Shown in pieces: positions 46,444-55,677 of a DNA stretch of 64,000 nt. The notes below the pieces were generated by a model. It searched no databases and was not told where the DNA came from. It worked only from the letters and a program-made list of their open reading frames with translations. Position 1 is the first letter of the stretch. The number at the start of each line of letters is the position of its first letter. Made by a program: the position numbers and the translations under genes. Origin of the DNA: Candidatus Woesearchaeota archaeon (GTDB taxonomy: Archaea; Nanobdellota; Nanobdellia; Pacearchaeales; GW2011-AR1). The DNA lies in assembly GCA_964468545.1 (NCBI GenBank), contig CAYXTT010000001.1, forward strand, positions 1,894 to 65,893, in the 5' to 3' direction.

Positions 46444-46965
46444 ATGCCCAAAATCAAAGCAACTCTAATCTCGGAAAGAATTACATCAAATTCAACCGAA
46501 GCCCAAACCCTCTTCGAAAAATCCAGCTTCGGCGAAAAACTCGGCGAAAAAATTCTGTACTCACTCTCCGAATCCCTCTTCCTCGTCGAAGAAAAAAAAA
46601 TGGAAATCCACGACCACCAAAATAAAAAACTAACCAACGAAGAAATCCTAAAAAAATTCCAAAACATCGACAAAAAATTCAAGACAAAATACCTCATCTT
46701 CAAAGACCTCCGCCAAAAAGGATACATAGTAAAATCCGCATTAAAATTCGGAGCCGAATTCCGCGTCTACGAAAAAGGCAAAAGAATAAACAACGCCCAC
46801 TCCAAATGGATTCTTTTTCCAGTTACGGAAAACTCGACGATGACCTGGCAAGATTTCTCCGCAAAAAATCGCGTCGCTCATTCAACTAAAAAAAATCTCC
46901 TAATCGCAGTCGCCGACGAAGAAGGCGACGTCTCCTACTACGAAGTCAAATGGACCCAACCATAA
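46444..46965 (+). CDS. endA: tRNA splicing endonuclease (single-unit type)
   Basis: LSLSESLFL, DLRQKGYIVKSALKFGAEFRVY, HS, RVAHSTKK. Confidence 0.9.
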   Translation: MPKIKATLISERITSNSTEAQTLFEKSSFGEKLGEKILYSLSESLFLVEEKKMEIHDHQNKKLTNEEILKKFQNIDKKFKTKYLIFKDLRQKGYIVKSALKFGAEFRVYEKGKRINNAHSKWILFPVTENSTMTWQDFSAKNRVAHSTKKNLLIAVADEEGDVSYYEVKWTQP

Positions 46966-47004
46966 TTCCTAAATCTTTATAACTCTAAAACATTTCTAAA
47001 TCCA

Positions 47005-47859
47005 ATGATAGATGTACAAGAGAAAAAAAATAAAATAATTTCATTTCTAAAAATAAACGGACCATCACTCCCAGTCCGAATCGCAAAAACAATCGAGATG
47101 GACCCCGTCTTCGCGTCGGCAATTCTCTCAGAACTTCTCGGCTCAAAACAAATCAAAACAAGCCACATGAAAATCGGCGCGTCTCCGCTTTATCTCCTTT
47201 CCGGCCAAGAACAAAAACTCGAAGAACACACGGGAAATTTAAAACCCGTCGAAAAAGAAACACTCTTAAAATTAAAAGGAAAAAAAATTCTAACAGACGA
47301 AAACGAAGAACCCTCAACCCGAGTTGCCCTCAGGAACATCAAGGACTTCGCAATTCCATTCAAGTCCCAAGATAAAATAATGTGGAAATATGCATTCCCC
47401 GACGGAGAAAAATTAAAAAAACCAGAACTCATCAAAGAAGCTATCCAGCCAGAACCAATTAGAAAACCCATAGAACAACAATCCAAAATAGAAAACATCT
47501 TCGAAAAAAAAGAAATCGTAAACATTCAAAAATCCATCGAACACCCAAAACCAGAATTTCTAAACGAAGTAAAATCATTCCTCCAAAAACACAAAATTGA
47601 ATTCATAGAAGAAATACAATCAGAAAAAAAAGAAATCGTCGCAAAAGTAAATATAGAATCCGTTCTCGGACATGTCCACTTCCTTCTCATCGCCAAAAAT
47701 AAACGCACAACATCACAAGAAGAAATCAACGCATCGATTCAAAGAGCACAATACAGCAAAATGCCATGTCTTCTAATCATCCGAAAAGAACCCTCTAAAT
47801 CCCTTCAAAAAACAATCGACGAAAATCATCTCATCAAACTGCTAATTATGCAACCATAA
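47005..47859 (+). CDS. Hypothetical protein (possible N-terminal wHTH)
   Basis: 284-aa ORF; IISFLKINGPSLPVRIAK. Confidence 0.65.
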   Translation: MIDVQEKKNKIISFLKINGPSLPVRIAKTIEMDPVFASAILSELLGSKQIKTSHMKIGASPLYLLSGQEQKLEEHTGNLKPVEKETLLKLKGKKILTDENEEPSTRVALRNIKDFAIPFKSQDKIMWKYAFPDGEKLKKPELIKEAIQPEPIRKPIEQQSKIENIFEKKEIVNIQKSIEHPKPEFLNEVKSFLQKHKIEFIEEIQSEKKEIVAKVNIESVLGHVHFLLIAKNKRTTSQEEINASIQRAQYSKMPCLLIIRKEPSKSLQKTIDENHLIKLLIMQP

Positions 47860-47889
47860 ACTTTTAAACCCAAGACAACACGACTAATC

Positions 47890-48096
47890 ATGGGAAGAAT
47901 AAAATCCACTCTAATCAAAAGAACATCAAGACAACTAATAGAAAATTCGGAAGAATCCTTCGACAAAACATTCGGAAAAAACAAAAAAACACTCGGGAAC
48001 ATCTTGCCAAGCAAAAAAATGCGAAACAAAATCGCGGGCTATATCACTCGAATAAACAAAAACAAAAAAAACATCATCGACGATACAACCAAATAA
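47890..48096 (+). CDS. rps17e: 30S ribosomal protein eS17
   Basis: MGRIKS..IKR...F..NKK...SKKMRNKIAGYIT. Confidence 0.93.
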   Translation: MGRIKSTLIKRTSRQLIENSEESFDKTFGKNKKTLGNILPSKKMRNKIAGYITRINKNKKNIIDDTTK

Positions 48097-48097
48097 A

Positions 48098-48397
48098 ATG
48101 ACAGAAGAAACAATTAAATCTGAAGAAAACTCTATTTTTATAGGAGCCAAACCATTCATGAATTATGTAACAGGAGTTATAATGCAATTTGGAAACGGCG
48201 CCGAAGAAGTAATAGTCAAAGCACGCGGAAAATTTATATGCAAAGGTGTAGATGTTGCAGAAGTCGCGCGAAGAAAATTCCTCGAAGACAAAAATGTATC
48301 AGTAAAAAATGTCTCAATCGGCAGCGAAGAATTCGAAAACAAAGAAGGCAAAACCGTCAACGTCTCCGTCATAGAAATAACTTTAAAAAAAGAATAA
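48098..48397 (+). CDS. albA: DNA/RNA-binding protein Alba
   Basis: IFIGAKPFMNYV, VIVKARGK.I.K.VDVAE, VSVIEITL. Confidence 0.92.
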   Translation: MTEETIKSEENSIFIGAKPFMNYVTGVIMQFGNGAEEVIVKARGKFICKGVDVAEVARRKFLEDKNVSVKNVSIGSEEFENKEGKTVNVSVIEITLKKE

Positions 48398-48652
48398 CTA
48401 CTTTTTAAATTTCCTTTTCAAAAGTTTATCCACCTTTCCACCAATCAAATCAATCTTCCCTTCGAGAACACCCAGTTTTTTATATCTCTTAATATTCAAA
48501 ACAAAACTAATAATCAAATAAACAACATAAACAATAAACGCAATACTAACAGCTTGTAAAACAACAATAAGTCCGCCAATTTTCTCAATAATCTCCGGCG
48601 GCAAAACTGAAATGATATCAGACAAATTCACAACAACATCACTCACGACCAT
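48398..48652 (-). CDS. Hypothetical membrane protein
   Basis: One long TM helix and a basic tail. Confidence 0.55.
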   Translation of the reverse strand: MVVSDVVVNLSDIISVLPPEIIEKIGGLIVVLQAVSIAFIVYVVYLIISFVLNIKRYKKLGVLEGKIDLIGGKVDKLLKRKFKK

Positions 48653-48761
48653 CCGACAAGAAGCAATTCCACATATATAAAATTAACCAACCCTATAAAA
48701 CCATCCACTGATGAAATCGTTTTACCACACAACACATCCTAACCTAATCCCTAACGGTTAA

Positions 48762-48833
48762 TGGCTCTGACGAGTGCTGACCTCGTGACCTCCGCCTCAT
48801 GAGAGCGGCGCTCTACCGCTGAGCTACAGAGCC
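48762..48833 (-). tRNA. tRNA with CAU anticodon (elongator Met or Ile2), atypical T-loop
   Basis: GGCTCTG acceptor stem, CCGCT-CTCATGA-GGCGG anticodon arm, T-arm ACGAG-GTCAGCA-CTCGT. Confidence 0.8.
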
Positions 48834-48869
48834 ATACAAAAAACTAACAAATTTAATTTAAAAGACTTC

Positions 48870-50195
48870 CTAAAACAACTCATTCAACCAATTAACAAAA
48901 TTATCAAACCAAGAACCTGCCTCGGATACCACAACTTTATATTTATCATCACAAGACATACAATCACCACCACAATCAATTCCCGTCTCGTCTCCATCTA
49001 AAACATTATCATAACAATAATCACAATAACTGCTATTTTCCCTATCGTCAAAATAAATATCCATATAAAGATTTTCCCCCGTCCCCTCTTTAACTCTTGC
49101 AATTAAATTATCATTCAATTTATTATAAACTCCAATAAACTCCGCCCCACATCGAATAAACTTCTTAACATAAATATCCACACCAACAGAACAACTCCTT
49201 ATTTCCTCCTCTGAATCAACGCAAAAATTCTTATCTCTGCAAATTCTGGATTTAATACCCTCAAGACTACTTACCTTCTCCTCTATTAAATTCATAAAAT
49301 TGTAATTAACTTCGCAACTCGTCCATTCGCCACATTCAATATCTGGAACACACTCACCCAAAAAATTACATTCCAATTTTTGCGGAACATCATAGGAAGT
49401 TCCACAATCATTCAAATCCCTACACGCAGGAACAGTATATCCACCACTACATCCCGACCACTCACACTTCCAATCCTCAACACAAGTTCCATTACAATAC
49501 CTCACCGCCAATGGAACATTCGTCGACACAAAACATTTATTGACATCTTTACACCCTCTTCTCTGAACTCCATCAACACAACTTTCCCACTCACCACACT
49601 TCCAATCAGATTTGCACTTAGATTCCCACACCATTTCTCTATCAACCAAATTCAAATTAAAAATATCCGAATTTGAGAAAACATCTTTGACAACCTCTAC
49701 ATAATCATCAGCACCAACTCCATCCAAAGGACTTATACTTACATTAAATCCATTCTCGTTTACCCTCGCTGGGCAATAGCTCACAAAAACTTTTTTAGTA
49801 TTATTACAAATCGGCACAGAAAAATTCTTAACAACATCAAACACCACATCGAGATTCTGCGGATTTCTCTCGGCGGAAATCTTGTATGCCTGAGACCCAC
49901 CCATAACCGGCACATCCGTCAACTTATAAAATTGAGAATCAAAATCAAAAAATGAAACTTTCAAAAAATTAATCTTATAATCATCTTTGCCTCTCTTTAT
50001 TTCGAGAAAAATAGTTTTAGAATAAGCGTCATAACACGAATCATAACTAAAACTTGGAGCCGCATTTACATCAACACACTCTTCAGAATTAACTACCGCA
50101 TCCTCGGAAGAAAAATTCCACAACATCCCACCTAAAACTAAAATAGCAATAATCAAAATCGCCACATTTATTATCGCCAACCACTTTCCCCTCAT
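48870..50195 (-). CDS. Membrane-anchored Cys-rich extracellular repeat protein
   Basis: N-terminal TM; three C..W.C..W..C...R.C.D.N.C (thrombospondin-like) repeats; DGDETGIDCGG.C..C. Confidence 0.65.
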   Translation of the reverse strand: MRGKWLAIINVAILIIAILVLGGMLWNFSSEDAVVNSEECVDVNAAPSFSYDSCYDAYSKTIFLEIKRGKDDYKINFLKVSFFDFDSQFYKLTDVPVMGGSQAYKISAERNPQNLDVVFDVVKNFSVPICNNTKKVFVSYCPARVNENGFNVSISPLDGVGADDYVEVVKDVFSNSDIFNLNLVDREMVWESKCKSDWKCGEWESCVDGVQRRGCKDVNKCFVSTNVPLAVRYCNGTCVEDWKCEWSGCSGGYTVPACRDLNDCGTSYDVPQKLECNFLGECVPDIECGEWTSCEVNYNFMNLIEEKVSSLEGIKSRICRDKNFCVDSEEEIRSCSVGVDIYVKKFIRCGAEFIGVYNKLNDNLIARVKEGTGENLYMDIYFDDRENSSYCDYCYDNVLDGDETGIDCGGDCMSCDDKYKVVVSEAGSWFDNFVNWLNELF

Positions 50196-50248
50196 AGCAT
50201 CATAAGAAAAAAAGAGTTTAATTATTTATCTACACATTAAAACATATT

Positions 50249-51214
50249 TTACCAAGATAATTCCTTTGCCCTATTAACAATTCTCGAAGCAACTCCACCT
50301 TCAGAAGTTGAATCATTTTCATCTTTTTTGCGAACAAACTTATCTCCAAAAACTTTAGTACGAGCAACCAACCCCTGCTTTTTTTCTTCTCTCATGACCA
50401 ATGCCCCTTTTTTTGCAATCAATCCCTCCTTCTTAGCATCATATCTTCTTTTTTTAATTAACTCTTTTTTCTTCTTTTTGAGAAGATTTCTTTCTCCATG
50501 AGCCTTCATTAAAATTAAAGCTCTTTTTCTTCTGGCGGCAATTCTATCTAATTTATTTTTTCTCTTCTTCCGCAAAGCAATAACTCTTTCTTTCTTTTTA
50601 CTAATTTTTAACAATCCCTTCTTCTTAATAGCCGCAATTTTTTTCATTTTTTTAACACGTTTAAAATTAATTCTTTCACGACCTCTTTGTTTAACGACCT
50701 CGCGATATTTATTAAAAAATCCCCCAACTTTTTCAAAAACAGAAGGCGATTTTGAAACCACATCAACTCTCTTTTTCTTATTAATAATATCCAACAACAA
50801 ATCACCCAACATCCTCACACGACCATTAATCAACTCCTCATTAGAATAATAACTTGCAAACATCGCCTTACAAAAACCAATCTCTTCTTCTTCATTGTCC
50901 TTTTCAAACTTAGCAATTAGTATAGAATAACTATCTCTCCCATGTGTTCCATAAATCCGTGCAAAATACTCCTTCGCTGTTTTATCAATAAAATCCAATT
51001 TTTCTTTCGCTGTTTTATCTCCTTTCAAAAACTTCCTTAATTTATCAACCGGAGTACTCTCTCGCGCCATCTTCTCTATGCGTATTTTTTTCTTCTTCAA
51101 AGAAACTTCAATAAAAATAAGAATAATAGCGACGATAATAGCAACAATCACAAACCCGAACAAAAACCTGATGCGACCATCTGAAAACAACGAAACAACC
51201 AAATACCACCTCAT
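50249..51214 (-). CDS. Hypothetical membrane protein with long Lys/Arg-rich region
   Basis: Start placed at MRWYL; TM helix followed by a basic coiled coil. Confidence 0.6.
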   Translation of the reverse strand: MRWYLVVSLFSDGRIRFLFGFVIVAIIVAIILIFIEVSLKKKKIRIEKMARESTPVDKLRKFLKGDKTAKEKLDFIDKTAKEYFARIYGTHGRDSYSILIAKFEKDNEEEEIGFCKAMFASYYSNEELINGRVRMLGDLLLDIINKKKRVDVVSKSPSVFEKVGGFFNKYREVVKQRGRERINFKRVKKMKKIAAIKKKGLLKISKKKERVIALRKKRKNKLDRIAARRKRALILMKAHGERNLLKKKKKELIKKRRYDAKKEGLIAKKGALVMREEKKQGLVARTKVFGDKFVRKKDENDSTSEGGVASRIVNRAKELSW

Positions 51215-51285
51215 AAAAATCACAACACAATCCCATATAAAAAGCTTCCCAAAATATTTAAATACCCAAACAATCGAATACTCCA

Positions 51286-51525
51286 ATGGTAAACGGAATC
51301 GATAGACCTTTGGATTTGCTGAATTCAGCAAAAGGTAAAGAGATTTTAGTGCAGCTGAAAAACGGCAAGCAACTTGTCGGAACTTTGCTCGCATTCGACA
51401 TCCACATCAACGTGGTTCTCGACAACGCGAAAGAAGTTGAAAACGGAGAACAAACAACAAGCTACGGCTTGACTTTCCTCCGAGGAGACACGATAATTTT
51501 CATCTCCCCAGCCACTAAAGCATAG
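51286..51525 (+). CDS. Sm/Lsm protein
   Basis: RPLDLL...LKNG...GTLLAFDIHINVVL...FLRGDTIIFISP. Confidence 0.92.
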   Translation: MVNGIDRPLDLLNSAKGKEILVQLKNGKQLVGTLLAFDIHINVVLDNAKEVENGEQTTSYGLTFLRGDTIIFISPATKA

Positions 51526-51587
51526 AGCGTTCGTCTGATTAATTTCGCAAGACAACGAATTCTAAAAATTAACAAACATAGTGAAAG

Positions 51588-52493
51588 CTACAATTCTAAT
51601 TTATCCAAATCCTCCGCAACCCTAACATTCTTAAAAATCTCAGAAGCCTCGCCCAATATCACTTTCGGAATCTCATCATACCTCTGACTCAAATGCGTCA
51701 AAATCAACTTCCCAACCTTTGCCTTCTTCGCAATCTTCGCCGCACCCACCGACGTCAAATGCCCATACTTCTCAGCAATCTCTTTCTCATCAACAGAATA
51801 AGTCGCCTCGCAAACCAGCAAATCAGAATCCTTAACTAACTCAATAATATTATCATTCATCCGCGTATCCAAAACAAAACTTATCTTCCTCTCTTTCTCC
51901 TTGTAAACCAACTTCTTCCCGTCAACTTTCTTCCCATTAATCAAAACACTTTCCCCCTTCACCAACTCACCAATCAAAGGCGAATTCCCTAATTTCAACT
52001 TTTCCAACTTCTCCTTACTAATTCTAACTTTCTCTTTCAAAACAAAAGCATACGCGACACACAAGACATCATGCTCCATCACCGACGACTCCAAATAAAA
52101 ATCATCGCTCTCAAAAAATTTCCCATCGCCAACCTCGTGAACATCAATCTTTAACTCCGTCCCCTTGTGCGCGAAAAGTTCCAAATACAAATCAATTTTT
52201 CTCCTCGTCCCTCTCGGCCCATAAATTTCCAACTTCCGATTATACCCATTCAACATCAGCGTCTTGAAAAGCCCAGGCAAACCCAAAACATGATCACCGT
52301 GCCAATGCGTAATCAAAATCTTCGTAATCTTACATGGGTTCAACTTCGCCCGCCTAAACTGCCTCTGCGCCCCTTCCCCACAATCAACCAAAATATTCTC
52401 GTCCTTAAATTGCAAATACATCGCCGGATGATTACGCCTCGCCGTCGGAACCGCACTCCCCGTCCCCAAAAATGTTAATTTAATTTTCTCCAT
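51588..52493 (-). CDS. rnz: Ribonuclease Z
   Basis: FLGTGS, DCGEG, THWHGDH, CEAT, GHLT, THLSQRY. Confidence 0.95.
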   Translation of the reverse strand: MEKIKLTFLGTGSAVPTARRNHPAMYLQFKDENILVDCGEGAQRQFRRAKLNPCKITKILITHWHGDHVLGLPGLFKTLMLNGYNRKLEIYGPRGTRRKIDLYLELFAHKGTELKIDVHEVGDGKFFESDDFYLESSVMEHDVLCVAYAFVLKEKVRISKEKLEKLKLGNSPLIGELVKGESVLINGKKVDGKKLVYKEKERKISFVLDTRMNDNIIELVKDSDLLVCEATYSVDEKEIAEKYGHLTSVGAAKIAKKAKVGKLILTHLSQRYDEIPKVILGEASEIFKNVRVAEDLDKLEL

Positions 52494-52522
52494 AAAACAA
52501 TACAGAAAAAGACTTTTTATTT

Positions 52523-52816
52523 CTACCTAATACTTTTCAAATCTACAATTTCTCCATCAGTCTCACCCAAATACTTAGCACTATAAACTACCTCAACACA
52601 TATAGAACTTATAATCCCAGGAACACTCTGCGCATACTTATTCGATTGATATGTAGCACAAAAACTAAAACTCATAATGTCATGCCCATTAAATGCCCCC
52701 ATTTCACAAGCCTTCATTTCCCCCCTCTCTCTTAGCTGTTCTTCGGAAAAACCATGAGTAACCATCTCATAACACAAGCCATTAATATAAAACGGACATC
52801 GTTCATCTGAAGCCAT
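52523..52816 (-). CDS. Hypothetical Cys-containing protein
   Basis: Start placed at MASDERCPF; start context duplicated from rnz. Confidence 0.5.
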   Translation of the reverse strand: MASDERCPFYINGLCYEMVTHGFSEEQLRERGEMKACEMGAFNGHDIMSFSFCATYQSNKYAQSVPGIISSICVEVVYSAKYLGETDGEIVDLKSIR

Positions 52817-52866
52817 AAAACAATACAAATACTCTCTTTAAAAGAATTATTGTAATAAAGAATCCA

Positions 52867-52937
52867 AGCAGACACCAGGATTTGCACCTGGGATCAGCGG
52901 GTTGCAGCCGCTTGCCTTACTACTTGGCTATGCCTGC
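52867..52937 (-). tRNA. tRNA-Cys(GCA)
   Basis: GCAGGCA acceptor, AGCGG-CTGCAAC-CCGCT, U discriminator. Confidence 0.9.
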
Positions 52938-53015
52938 ATACAAGATTTACAAATCAATAGTTTTTAAGATTAATTGCACCTGGGATTAGTATGATTGTAG
53001 AAAAAATTTCGCTTC

Positions 53016-53057
53016 AAAAAAAATCCGTGTTAGTCTGTGTTAGTCCGTGTGCTATTT
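53016..53057. repeat. TCCGTGTTAG decamer array between tRNA-Arg and tRNA-Cys
   Basis: AAAATCCGTGTTAGTCTGTGTTAGTCCGTGTGCTATTT, near-identical to the copies at 18595 and 32039. Confidence 0.85.
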
Positions 53058-53082
53058 CTCTAAAAACAGATTACTAACTCAA

Positions 53083-53157
53083 CGCTCCCGACAGGATTTG
53101 AACCTGCGACTTTTAGCTTAGAAGGCTAACACTCTATCCAGGCTGAGTTACGGGAGC
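53083..53157 (-). tRNA. tRNA-Arg(UCU)
   Basis: GCTCCCG acceptor, TTAGC-CTTCTAA-GCTAA, GGTTCAAATCC. Confidence 0.93.
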
Positions 53158-53230
53158 ACAAGATTAGTTAATTATCCCAATTTAAAAGTTTATTGACAAA
53201 GAATAAAAACTCTACTTTTCTTAAGATACC

Positions 53231-54739
53231 ATGACAAAGAATAAAAACAAAACAAAAGAATTCTCAAGTTTCATAAGCGACTCCGGATTAATCTGGGGAC
53301 CCGAACCAGAAATCTACGGCGGTCTCGCCGGCTTCTACACCTACGGCCCACTCGGCAAACTCCTAAAAAACAAAGTCGAAAACTCCGTCCGAAAAATTTT
53401 CAACTCAAACGGATTAAGAGAACTCGAAGGCCCAACCGTAATGCCCGACTCAGTTTGGGAAGCATCCGGCCATCTCAACACCTTCAAAGACCGAACAATA
53501 AAATGCTCAAAATGCAACGCAACTTTCCGCGCCGACAAAATCGTAGAAGAAAGTTTCGACGTCTCAGCCGACGCATGGAACGACAAAAAAATCCTCGACT
53601 TCATAAAAGAAAAACAAATCAAATGCCCGTCCTGCAAATCGAACTTCGAAAACAAAATCGAAACCCAAAGCCTAATGATGAAAACAAAAGTCGCAGGAAC
53701 AGAAAGCTCCCTAAGGCCAGAAACAGCGACGGTAACCTACCTCCCATATCTCCGATTCTACAACTACTTCAAACGAAAACTTCCATTCGGCGTCTTCCAA
53801 ATCGGCAAGGCCTACCGAAACGAAATCTCCCCAAGACAACACGTTCTCCGCGGCCGCGAATTCACCCAAGCCGAAGGCCAACTCTTCATCGACCCAAAAG
53901 AAAAAAACAGCTGGGAAAAATTCAACGAAATCAAAAAAAACAAACTTCCATTCTGGGACTACAAAAGCCAAGAAAAAAACAAAGAGCCCAAATCAATCAG
54001 CGTCGAAGATGCCCTAAAAAACAAACTCATAAAATCCCAAGCATACGGCTGGTGCATCAATCTCGCATACCAACTCTACATCGGCTTCGGAATTCCAGAA
54101 AATAAAATAAGGTTAAGACAACATCACCCCGACGAAAAAGCATTCTATGCCGACGACGCCTGGGACCTCGAAGTAAATCTCAACGAATATGGCTGGACAG
54201 AAATGTGCGGCGTCCACGACCGAACAGACTACGACCTCACACAGCACTCAAAATTCTCCGGACAAAAACTCGAAGCAACACGAGAGGATGGAAGTAAATT
54301 CACACCTCACGTTTTAGAAATCGCCTTCGGAACCGACCGCCCAACCTACGCACTCATCGACTTATTCTACAAAGAAAAAAAAGAACAGGAAGGTAAAACA
54401 ACTTTCGAAATCCCATACCACATGGCGCCAATCGACATCTCAATTTTCCCGCTAATGAAAAAACCCGAACTAACAAAACTCGCCAAAAAAATAAAAGAAG
54501 ACCTCGAAAAAAATTTCATCATCGACTATAACACATCAGGCAGCATCGGCAAACGATATCTCCGAAGCGCGACTGAAGGAACCCCATACGCAATCACAAT
54601 TGACTATGACTCCCTCAAAAACAACGACATCACAATCCGCGACCGCGACACCGAAAAACAAATCAGAATAAAAATCGAAACCCTCAAAGACACACTAAGA
54701 AAACTCTTATCCAACGAAATCAAATTCAAAAACAAATAA
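53231..54739 (+). CDS. glyS: Glycine--tRNA ligase (alpha2 type)
   Basis: EIYGGLAGFYTYGPLG, LRPETA, QIGKAYRNEISPR, REFTQAE, GSIGKRY. Confidence 0.95.
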   Translation: MTKNKNKTKEFSSFISDSGLIWGPEPEIYGGLAGFYTYGPLGKLLKNKVENSVRKIFNSNGLRELEGPTVMPDSVWEASGHLNTFKDRTIKCSKCNATFRADKIVEESFDVSADAWNDKKILDFIKEKQIKCPSCKSNFENKIETQSLMMKTKVAGTESSLRPETATVTYLPYLRFYNYFKRKLPFGVFQIGKAYRNEISPRQHVLRGREFTQAEGQLFIDPKEKNSWEKFNEIKKNKLPFWDYKSQEKNKEPKSISVEDALKNKLIKSQAYGWCINLAYQLYIGFGIPENKIRLRQHHPDEKAFYADDAWDLEVNLNEYGWTEMCGVHDRTDYDLTQHSKFSGQKLEATREDGSKFTPHVLEIAFGTDRPTYALIDLFYKEKKEQEGKTTFEIPYHMAPIDISIFPLMKKPELTKLAKKIKEDLEKNFIIDYNTSGSIGKRYLRSATEGTPYAITIDYDSLKNNDITIRDRDTEKQIRIKIETLKDTLRKLLSNEIKFKNK

Positions 54740-54857
54740 ACAAAACAATTCTCGACCCACCAAAACAAAAACATCTACCACGCTCCTCAATTTATTGCCA
54801 ACATAAATAACATCTTCAAAACCCGAATATTTATAAATACAAAAATCATAGAAAAGT

Positions 54858-55061
54858 ATGCTAACAAAAAAAAGCGTGACAATCTTGGTTATTATCGCAA
54901 TAGTTTTAGCCGGAATCACAATTGCAATTCAATTCTCTAACACAGAAGAAGTTTCAACAACTACACCAGTCACAGGAAACTCAATAAAAGGAAGTAGCGT
55001 CGGAATTAATATTCTTCCACCACAAGTCGAAGACAAACTTACCAGCGGTGAACAATCATGA
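54858..55061 (+). CDS. Small exported/membrane protein
   Basis: N-terminal hydrophobic helix; ATGA-coupled to the next gene. Confidence 0.55.
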   Translation: MLTKKSVTILVIIAIVLAGITIAIQFSNTEEVSTTTPVTGNSIKGSSVGINILPPQVEDKLTSGEQS

Positions 55062-55648
55062 AAATTAATATAACAGAAATCATAGGATACTTCGCCATCG
55101 CAGTAATATTAATTTCACTTTTTTCCATTGGAACTAAAATCACCGGATTTGCAGTAACAGATAATGAAACAGGAGTAGTCAATGTCACAATATCCGGCTC
55201 AGGAGCATTAAACTTCACAACAGCTATTCTAGATTTCGGCGCCGGTGCAGTGAATGGAGGACAAGCAGGGGCAACAATAAACAGCGAAGGAAGTCAAGGC
55301 GAAGGAACATGGGCAGCACAAAATGGACAATTAGTTCTCGAAAACATTGGAAATGTAAATGTAAGCTTAACACTCTCAACAAACAAATCAGTAGCCGACT
55401 TCATCGGAGGAACAAGCCCAACATTCAAAGCAAAAACAACAGACAGTGCCTCAAACACTGGAGCATGCACCGGTACCGAAACATTCAGCTCATACGCAAC
55501 AATTAACACAACTCTTCAAACAGCATGCTCTGTCTTTGGATATTCATCCGCCCTCGACGAAATAGATATTGATTTCGAATTATACATTCCTAACGATGCA
55601 ACAGGCGAAAAAACAGTCGGAATAGTCGCAATAGGAACATACACATAA
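55058..55648 (+). CDS. Secreted beta-rich protein (possible fibre/pilin-like subunit)
   Basis: Signal helix ending ITGFA; T/G/N-rich; LENIGNVNV. Confidence 0.6.
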   Translation: MKINITEIIGYFAIAVILISLFSIGTKITGFAVTDNETGVVNVTISGSGALNFTTAILDFGAGAVNGGQAGATINSEGSQGEGTWAAQNGQLVLENIGNVNVSLTLSTNKSVADFIGGTSPTFKAKTTDSASNTGACTGTETFSSYATINTTLQTACSVFGYSSALDEIDIDFELYIPNDATGEKTVGIVAIGTYT

Positions 55649-55677
55649 TTTATAAATTAGAATTTATTCAACACCTC

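Noticed and set aside
46335..46727. 130-aa ORF on the - strand
   Set aside because: Antisense to endA and tRNA-Gln.
48762..48833. tRNA read as a UCA (opal suppressor) anticodon
   Set aside because: Stem geometry gives the 7-nt loop CTCATGA with CAT at positions 34-36.
51215..51394. N-terminal 60 aa of ORF 50249..51394
   Set aside because: Overlaps the divergent Lsm gene and promoter; the real start is more likely 51214.
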